Source of the DNA: Malacoraja senta
Taxonomy: Eukaryota
Length of the DNA: 64,000 bases
Reading direction: 5' to 3'
Assembly: GCA_038087875.1 (NCBI GenBank)
Contig: JAXLNO010000158.1
Span: 1 to 64,000, forward strand
Both the position numbers and the translations under genes were made by a program. Each line of letters starts with the position of its first letter. The stretch's first letter is position 1. Positions 55,201 to 64,000 of this stretch are shown in pieces. The notes beneath the pieces are model-generated. The model ran no database searches and was not told where the DNA came from. It saw only the letters and a program-made list of their open reading frames with translations.

Positions 55201-55573
55201 GTAAATACTGGTCTTGTCAGCTACACACAGATTCCATAAATGAATAAAATAGTGTACAGTTGTTATTAATGTCATATTATTTAACACATGACTGAAACAA
55301 GCAGTTGAGTAGCTGTTTCACAGAGCATCTGTACAGTACCATGAAGTATTGACTGCAAATAAATATATGCAAAGTCTATTGAAGCAAAAATTAAAAGTGG
55401 AGGGGAAAATGCTCCTTTGCATGCCATCTATTTTTCAGATGAATTCAGTATTTGATTTACAAATTTTGTTTTCAGACATCTCACGCACAAACATAAGCCA
55501 GCGAAGTGAATGCTGATCTCATTACAAGACCAATTTGCATTTCTTTTCAAAGAGCATTAATAACTATTGGTGG

Positions 55574-56065
55574 GTGGGGGCGCTGCAAGCCGGCAGCCCT
55601 GCCAGCACGTGTTTGTTTTTTCAACTTTTTAAATGTTTAAGTGTGTCCTAATGTGTGTTTTTGGTGTCTCTCTGTGTGTCTTGTGTGGGGGGTGGTATGG
55701 GGGGGTAAGGGGGAAACCGTTTCGGTCGCCTCCTCCATGGAGTGGTGACTTTTTCCATGTCGCCTCCCCTGTGGCCTAACATCGAGGATCGGTGCGGCCT
55801 TTCCCGGAGACGTGCCCGGGGCTTCAGCGACGAGCGCAGCGTGGACTCTCGTCGCGAAGCGGGCGAGCCCTCGCCGGGGGTTGCCGGAGGGGAGCGCTCC
55901 GTTCGCTGGCCCGCGGCAGCCTGAAGCCGCGGTCTGCGGAGCTCCAGCTGGCTCGGCGTCCGCAGCCTGGGATCGTTCATTGGGGACCTGGGAGGAGAAG
56001 AAGCTCTGACCGCCGGCCCGCGGCCTACTTCTACCGCGGGCGCGGCGGGGACTTACCATCAGGAG
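55574..56065 (+). mobile_element. GC-rich non-autonomous retroelement, 5' portion
   Basis: GGCGCTG start, T/G-rich tract and CpG-rich body shared with the 45000 and 58000 copies. Confidence 0.55.
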
Positions 56066-56229
56066 CGAGTAAAACTGATATTGATATTGATACCTCCAGC
56101 TCTCCTACAGAACTCAAAGGTTGTAGTTCCTTTACTGCCAATTTCCACCGACTCTCACCTTCACAACTTTCACTGACTCTTCCCTTCACTTCTCTAACTC
56201 CACCTTAGAGGAAAGATTAAGGATCAATA

Positions 56230-57070
56230 ATATAGAACTTAGAATGGTGCAGCACAGGAACAGGCCCATTGGCCTATAATGCCCATGCCGAACATATTGT
56301 CAGGATAATCAAATCTCATCTGTCTGCACATGGTCTATATTCCTCCATTCCCCACATATCCATGTGCCTATTCAAAAGCCTCTTAAATGCAATTTGTATC
56401 TTTCTCCACCACCACTTTGGCAGCACACTCCAAGCACACACTGCCCTCTGTGAAAAAAACTTGCCCCGTGCATCTCCGTTGAACTTTGCCCCTCTCACCT
56501 AAAAACCATTCTCTCCAGTCTTTGACATTTTCACCCAGGGGAAAAAAAGTTCAGACTGTCTACCCTATCTTTGCCTTTTCAAAAGTTTATATACTTCTAT
56601 CAGGTCCCACCTCCAATCAACCTCCAGCAGACTAGTGAAAACATTCCAAGTTTGTCCAATCTATAAGGGGTATCCAATGCCCCTTAAGCCAGGCAATATT
56701 CTGGTAAACCTCTCTCCAAAGCTTTCATATCGTTCCTGTAGCAGGGTGATCAGAACTGCACATAATATGCCTAACATGAATAACTAAAGTCCTGTAAAGC
56801 TGCAACATGTCTTCCTGATTCTTCCACTCAATGCCCCAACCAATGAAAGCAAGCATACTTGTGTTGCTACTTTCAGGGAGCTATGCTCCTGGACCCCAAA
56901 ATCCCTCTGTGCATCAATGCTGTTGAGGGTCACGCCATTAATTGTATATTTTCACCTTACATTTGACCTCCCAAAGTGCAACACCTCACACTTGTTCAAT
57001 TTAAACTTTAGCTGCCATTTCACCGCCCATTTCTGTTGCTGATCTATATCCTGCTGCATAGTTTGACAGC
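56230..57070 (-). mobile_element. Old CR1 fragment
   Basis: Degenerate RGKFFSQRAV..W..LP peptide and CR1-like 3' end. Confidence 0.7.
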
Positions 57071-57464
57071 CTATAACAGATAGCACTCAAATCACTTTTG
57101 TACCATTGCCCACATTTCTGCCCTGACTACCTCTATCTTCCAATCAAGCAAGCATAGGCTTCTAGAGTTATTCCCTTTGTTCAATCAAATTCCCCCTCCC
57201 TTCAGCAATTCAAAACACTCTTGTTTCCTGATGTTTCTTGATGAAAACTCATCTGTACAAACCATTTATTCTGCTTCTCTCAACACAACTACTGCCTGAC
57301 CAGCTAGATATTTTGGGTGGCACAGTGACGCAGTGGTAGAGTTGCTGCCTTGCAACAGCACAGACTTGGATTCAATCCTGAGTACAGGTGCTGCCTGTAC
57401 GGAGTTTGTACATTCTCCCTGTGACCCCTCGGTTTTCTCTGAGTGCTCCAGTTTCCTCCCACAT

Positions 57465-58438
57465 CAAGTTCAAGAATCAAGTTTCCTTTATTGTCATTCA
57501 GACCTTTCGGTCTGAACGAAATTGTGATGCCTGCAGTCATACACAGAACCAATAATAACAAAACATACAATAAACACAAATTAAACATCCACCACAGTGA
57601 GTTCACCAAGCACACCCTCACTGTGATGGAGGCAAAGTCTTAGTCTCCGTCTCTTCCCTCCTTGTTCTCCCTCTGCGCTGAGGCGATCGATCCAGGCCGA
57701 AGATGCCGCCCTCCAGTCCAGCGGACCACCGTGGTGATGTCGCCGCCGCCGAAAGCCGGAACGCCGAGACGGCCCGCCACAGCATCAGCCCCGGGTCCCG
57801 CAGTCTCCGCTCCGGGCCACCGCCCCAGCTCCAGGCCCCGCAGTCTCCGCTCCGGACCCCGCTGCATCAGCTCCAGGTCCCGCAGTCTCCGCTCCAGGTC
57901 CCGCAGTCTCCGCTCCGGACCCCGCCGCATCAGCTCCAGGTCCCGCAGTCTCTGCTCCGGACCCCGCTGTATCAGCTCCAGGTCCCGCAGTCTCCGCTCC
58001 GGACCCCGCTGTATCAGCTGCAGGTCCTGCAGTCTCCGCTCCGGACCCCGCTGCATCAGCTCCAGGCCGCCGCCGAAAGCCAGAACGCCGCACCAGCAAG
58101 TCGGGCCACCGCTGCCTCAGCCCCGAAGACAGCCAGCATCTCGTTGGTAAGTCCTGGAGCTGGCTCTGCCTCCGAAGCCTCGTGGTCGGTCGCAGGATGG
58201 AGGCGGCCAGCTCCGCCATTAGGCCTCACCGCAGACGGAGGCAGGGAAGGGGGATACGACACGAAAAAGTCGCATTCCCCCGAAGGCGGAGACAGAGGAC
58301 ATGTTTCTCCCCCCCTAACACAACCCAACAAACTAAAACTGAACAAAACAGGACAAAAAAACCCAACAGAAAAAGTAAAAACAGACGGACTGCAGGCGAG
58401 CCGCAGCCGATTAACAGCGCCGCCACTTCCGGAAGAAA
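57465..58438 (-). mobile_element. Complete GC-rich non-autonomous retroelement with 42-bp VNTR
   Basis: 17-bp TSD CCAGTTTCCTCCCACAT (57448-57464, 58439-58455) inside a SINE; VNTR about 57782-58066; 3' hairpin 57497-57516. Confidence 0.8.
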
Positions 58439-59100
58439 CCAGTTTCCTCCCACATTCCAAAGATGTACAAGTGTGTAGATTAATTGGTTTTGGTAACAAT
58501 TATAAATTGTCCCTAGTGTGTAAAATAGTGCTAGGGTATGGGGTGATCGCTGGTTGGCTCAAATGACCTATTGTCTATTGTTTATTGACACGGTGGGCTG
58601 AATGGCCTATTTCTGTGCTGTATCTCTAAAGTCTAAAGCATTTTCTGTTTTAATTATCTAATCCCTTCGATGGTAAACAATTAGATTCTTCTCTCAGTGT
58701 AAGATGTATTCTGTTCCTATAGGATTTCCAGTGAGGGTGCTGGTCAGTTTTAAATTATCATTGAACTTTGAGATTTTGCTTTAAATTTTGGGCTGCCAGC
58801 TCTTCTTACAACATATTCTGTAACCATTCCCTGTGACATGACACAATTCTACTTGAAGTGAAGTTTGACGATGTTTTACAGCAGCAGAGATCTCATGACA
58901 CATTTTGTAATGAATTGTAGGCCCATTGCAACAATCAGCAGAAGCAGTAATTGTTTTGATGCTCACTCTAAATGTGAAGTGCCATCAACAATAACCAGCT
59001 GTTTGTTCTACACACTGCAAGAGGTATAAATAAGAACGTGAAGATGTAGATTCCCAGGTTGATGGTGTAGAGGTGCTTCATCTGGGGCTCTTAAAATAAA

Positions 59101-60500
59101 GACCAGTTAGTCTAACATCGGTAGTGGGGAAACTGCTAGAGTCAGTTATTAAAGATGGGATAGCAGCACATTTGGAAAGTGGTGAAATCATTGGACAAAG
59201 TCAGCATGGATTTACGAAAGGTAAATCATGTCTGATGAATCTTATAGATTTTCGAGGATGTAACTAGTAGAGTGGATAAGGGAGAACCAGTGGATGTGTT
59301 ATATCTGGACTTTCAGAAGGCTTTCGACAAGGTCCCACATAAGAGATTAGTATACAAACTTAAAGCACACGGTTTTGGGGGTTCAGTATTGATGTGGATA
59401 GAGAACTGGCTGGCAAACAGGAAGCAAAGAGTAGGAGTAAACGGGTCCTTTTCAGAATGGCAGGCAGTGACTAGTGGGGTACTGCAAGGCTCAGTGCTGG
59501 GACCCCAGTTATTTACAATATATATTAATGATTTGGACGAGGGAATTGAATGCAACATCTCAAAGTTTGCGGATGACACGAAGCTGGGGGGCAGTGTTAG
59601 CTGTGAGGAGGATGCTAGGAGGCTGCAAGGTGACTTGAATAGGCTGGGTGAGTGGGCAAATGCATGGCAGATGCAGTATAATGTGGATAAATGTGAGGTT
59701 ATCCACTTTGGTGGCAAAAACAGGAAAGTAGACTATTATCTGAATGGTGGCCGATTAGGAAAAGGGGAGATGCAACGAGACCTGGGTGTCATGGTATACC
59801 AGTCATTGGAAGTAGGCATGCAGGTGCAGCAGGCAGTGAAGAAAGCGAATGGTATGTTAGCATTCATAGCAAAAGGATTTGAGTATAGGAGCAGGGAGGT
59901 TCTACTGCAGTTGTACAGGGTCTTGGTGAGACCACACCTGGAGTATTGCGTACAGTTTTGGTCTCCAAATCTGAGGATAGACATTCTTGCCATAGAGGGA
60001 GTACAGAGAAGGTTCACCAGACTGATTCCTGGGATGTCAGGACTTTCATATGAAGAAAGACTGGATAGACTTGGCTTGTACTCGCTAGAATTTAGAAGAT
60101 TGAGAGGGGATCTTAAAGAAACGTACAAAATTCTTAAGGGGTTGGACAGGCTAGATGCACAAAGATTGTTCCCGATGTTGGGGAAGTCCAGGACAAGGGG
60201 TCACAGTTTAAGGATAAAGCGGAAATCTTTTAGGACCGAGATGAGAAAAACATTTTTCACACAGAGTGGTGAATCTCTGGAATTCTCTGCCACAGAAGGT
60301 AGTTGAGGCCAGTTCATTGGCTATATTTAAGAGGGAGTTAGATGTGGTCCTTGTAGCTAAAGGGATCAGGGGGTATGGAGAGAAGGCAGGTACAGGATAC
60401 TGAGTTGGATGATCAGCCATGATCATATTGAATGGCGGTGCAGGCTCGAAGGGCCGAATGGCCTACTCCTGCACCTATTTTCTATGTCTCTATGTTTCTA
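59101..60500 (+). mobile_element. CR1 subfamily A, 5'-truncated
   Basis: ORF 59272-60306 encodes the RT domain. Confidence 0.92.
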
Positions 60501-61640
60501 AATGGCCGTTGAAAAAGTTGATGAATTTTTCATTTTCAAACATTCCCAGAATTCGGGGTAGATTCTATTAGATTGCAAATAGCAAATAAAACATGTTTAT
60601 TGAAAAACAACATCTGTAAGAGGGAAAGTGTTAGAAGGTATTGTTAAAAATGTTATAGCAGAGCACTTAGAAAAAAAATCAAGGTAAGCAGGCAATGTCA
60701 ACATTGACACTGACAAAACAATGTATTTTTAAAAGAGAAATTATGTTTGACCATTTTACAGGTGGTTCTTTGAAGATGTACAATGTGTTGTGAATAAAGG
60801 GGAACCAGTTGATGCTTAGCTTTCCAGGAGCCATGTGGTAAAGTGTCACATCAAAGCTTATTGTAGAACATTAATGCTCGTTGCGTTGCTGTGGAAGGCC
60901 GGCTGTTTGGTTGACAGGAAATAGAGGATAGGCTTAAATGGGTCTTTCTCTTAATGGTGACATGTCATAAGGAGCAATGCTTACAACTTACAGTTTATAT
61001 AAATGACTTGGCTGAAGGCACCAAAGGAATGTTTGCTAATTTTGCTGCCAAGACAAAGGTCAATGGAAGAACAATATATGAAGAGGACTTAAGAAGCAGG
61101 AAAGGTTGAATGGGCAAACATGGGGCAAATAGAATAGAATATTGGAAATATTAAAGTATTCATTTGGACAGGCTGAATATATGTGCATTATTTAACTAGT
61201 GAGAGATTGCCGAGGTCTGAGATGAAGGGGGATGTGTTTGTCCTTGTGCATCATTTGCAAAAGGCTAGTATTTAGGTATTGCAAGTTATTAGGAATGCCA
61301 AACAGAATATTATTGTTTATTGTCAATGGTCAATAGTCAGATTTATTCGTCACTTACACAATGAAGTGCAGTGAAATGAACTTGAGGAAGGAAATTGAGC
61401 AGAAAAGTAGGTTTTGTTTCAATTATGTAGGGCAGTGGTGAAATTACACCTGAAGTATCATATACAGTATTGCTTTTCTTACTTAGGATAGTTTATTAAT
61501 GTATTGGAACCAGTTCAAAGAAGTTTACTAGAGTGATACCTAGGATAGGTGGGTTGTCTTATGATGCCAGATTTGTATTTAGGCAAGTGAGCGGAGATTT
61601 GCCAGAGGAAGTAGTTGAGGCAGGTACAATAACAACATGT

Positions 61641-61778
61641 CTTCTTCTTGCGAATGGCGTGCACAGCCTAAAGTTGTAGGACAACTTGTCCTATTTGATC
61701 TTATTTGATTGTGCACACCAGGTTGATTGCATTCGTTGAAACAGGGCAGACCACATGATGGTTGCAATCTCCCACCCC
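61641..61778 (-). mobile_element. 138-bp Vingi-tailed non-autonomous element
   Basis: 12-bp TSD ATAACAACATGT (61629-61640, 61779-61790); CATTCGC(AAG)3 tail. Confidence 0.8.
61725..61778 (-). ncRNA. Predicted minimal HDV-like self-cleaving ribozyme
   Basis: GGGGTGG(P1)-GA-GATTGCA(P2)-ACC(P3)-ATCATGT(L3)-GGT(P3')-CTGCCCT(P1')-G-TTTCAA-CGAA-TGCAATC(P2'). Confidence 0.72.
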
Positions 61779-64000
61779 ATAACAACATGTAAATGCCACT
61801 TGGACAGGTACATAGATAGGAAAGGTTTAGATGGATATGGGCCAAAGTTGGGACTAGTGTGGATGTGGCACCTTGGTTGATATGGGCAAGCTGGGCCAAA
61901 AAGCCTGTTTCTGAGCTGTATGACTCCAATATTATATTGAACGCCTTGGGACGCCTTAGGGTGGGGCTTCAGAGAGCAGATGTGTTTTTCTCATGGGAGA
62001 ATCTAGAACTAGACAACATCTATAGAAAGAAAGATTGAGTTGGTACAGATCGAAACTCCTTCATCAGTACCAGGAAACAGAGAAAACAAGTTAATTTCAG
62101 TTACGCAAAGGTTTTATGAGGAATAGATAAGACTAAAGAGATATATTTGACGGGGAGAGGCCAAGGTGGCTGTGGAGGTAAGCAGTAGAAGATATCTTAG
62201 GCTAGTAGTTTAATGAAGGAGATAGACACAAAAAGCTGGAGTATCTCAGCGAGACAGGCAGAATCTCTGAAGAGAAGGGATGGGAGCGTTATTCAAGCAC
62301 TTTGTGTCCATCTTTTGTTGAAACCAGCACCTGCAGTTCCTTCTTAATGAAGGTTAATGAAGGTTAGAGAAGATAGATAGATAGATAGATGGGTGGAGAG
62401 AAAGATGGAAAGAAATCAATCAATCTGAAGAAGGGTTCGACCCAAAACAACCTTTTTCTCCAGAGATGCTGCCTGACCAGCTGAGTTACTCCAGCACTTT
62501 ATGTCTATCGCCAGAAGGACAAACAGCCAGACAAACAGATGGATAGAGAGAATGATGGAGAGCACAAGTAAAGGAAAATAAACTTTATGAAAGACAAATG
62601 GAGAGCAAAAAATAAAGGAATGTAAAAGCTATAAAATGCAGATCTGTAGAAATGACCTAGCAAGTCTGGTGGTGCTAATGGAGCTGATAAATATTGAGCT
62701 AATATTATAGAACTGATCTGTTCTGATACTAACAGAAAACGAGCTAGCAAAAAATATGACTTGAATATTGAGAATTCCAAAAAGTATGGATTGTTGCAGC
62801 AGAAGACCAAGTTTAACTTGAAGCTGCACACTTGTAAACAGTCAGCTGGTCCTCTACCTCTAACATCAGACTGGTCATCCTGATGAGGCAAAGAGTGTTG
62901 GGTCATACACAGGCCATCAGAGTGGACAGGAAGGTGTAAAACTGGATTACAGCCCTTGTGGTTTCTGCTACCTATGCTTATAACAACTAAAAAGCGCTAC
63001 TTATTTTCCCTCAAATTACAGCCAATTATAAAGTTGCCATTTACAGGGTGTTAGGTGTTGTGTGGATTCTGGGCAGAGGCAGGTTCCTACAGCAGTTTGC
63101 ACCTCATTAAGGTGCAGTTTCCTTGTGTCCTACAGCACCTCTAACTGGTATCAGGTTACAATTTGCTTCACTCAGCACTGGCTGCAATAACAAAGTGAAA
63201 AGCACCTCGTTAAGATCTCCTCATTCAACCTGTCTGAGAAATTGTCAGTAAAGGTGTTGACAGGATGACAGGCCTCACATTCCCCCCCCAGAAGTGGCTT
63301 GTTGTCCAATTTCTAAAGATCCAGGGTTGCCACGTGTACGGGATCATCCCTGATTTTTCTAAGGATTTCTCTGGCAGCTTGAGTGATGTGGTATCACCAT
63401 AATGTGGAAACAAAGAACTGCAGATACTGCTTTATTCCAAAGATAGACACATAATGCTGGAGTCACCGAGCGGGTCAGGCAGCATCTCTGGAGAAAGAGG
63501 ACAGGTTACGCTGAAGAAGGATCCCGACCCGCAACGTCATCTGCCCATTTTCTCCAGAGATGCTACCTGACCCGCTGAGTTATCCAGCACTTTGAATCTA
63601 TCTTCACCGTATTGTGTGTTGCCATGTGCAGTTCTGAGCAGGGCCACACGGGCAATCATCTTGCAGATTAGAGGTTAACACAAAAGCAGTTTGGTTGTGT
63701 GCAGTACCAGTTAACACCTCTCTGATGATGGTCAAAATGTAGCTGTTACTGTCCATCCTCACTGGATAGATTGATAATAACCCTATTCTTTGAAGCATGT
63801 AGAAAGTGTGGTTTGAAGTAAGCCTCTGTGTGCCTGAGGTGTCATCTGATGACAAGTGAGTGATGTCTCGGAAGGATCCAATTTCCAAATCTTCTGCTGC
63901 TATAGAGGTCGGCAGGTAAAACAAGATGCGGGGATCGCTGGTTGGTGCTGACTCTGAGGGCTGAAGGGCCTGTTTCCGCGCTGTATCTTTTTCAAAGAAA

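Larger units (their letters stand above)
60540..62030 (+). mobile_element. Ancient, highly diverged CR1 with younger insertions
   Basis: Decayed but collinear RT-like nucleotide motifs, e.g. AAAGGGGAACCAGTTGATG and TTTGCTAATTTTGCTG. Confidence 0.65.

Noticed and set aside
57640..58566. Long overlapping repetitive ORFs, and a CRISPR-like appearance
   Set aside because: A GC-rich 42-bp tandem repeat without unique spacers, in eukaryotic DNA.
63000..63924. Minus-strand ORFs 63225-63413 and 63604-63924 in unique DNA
   Set aside because: No recognisable domain, and they are separated by a repeat; would need BLASTX.

Overview
Repeat-saturated vertebrate DNA. The tRNA-derived V-type SINEs and CR1 LINE families suggest a cartilaginous fish such as a skate or ray (inferred from the repeats, not proven). 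The only recognisable host gene segment is the large first coding exon (TM1-TM6) of the prostaglandin F2-alpha receptor ptgfr (7970-8758, +); its final coding exon was not found. The rest is a 5.2 kb (CA)n array and nested transposons: two CR1 subfamilies (one intact ORF2, one near-full-length degenerate copy), Rex1/Babar, L1-like, L2/Crack-like, RTE, Vingi and Penelope fragments, V-SINEs, Harbinger MITEs, a hAT element and a Passport-like Tc1. The most notable observations are: (1) a 138-bp TSD-flanked element whose 5' end folds as a minimal HDV-like ribozyme and whose tail matches a Vingi LINE in the window; (2) many Penelope-derived mini-elements carrying minimal hammerhead motifs, one decayed copy lying just upstream of the ptgfr start codon; (3) a GC-rich VNTR-containing non-autonomous retroelement family; (4) a twin-primed RTE insertion; (5) two local inverted duplications. 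All alignments and folds were done by eye.
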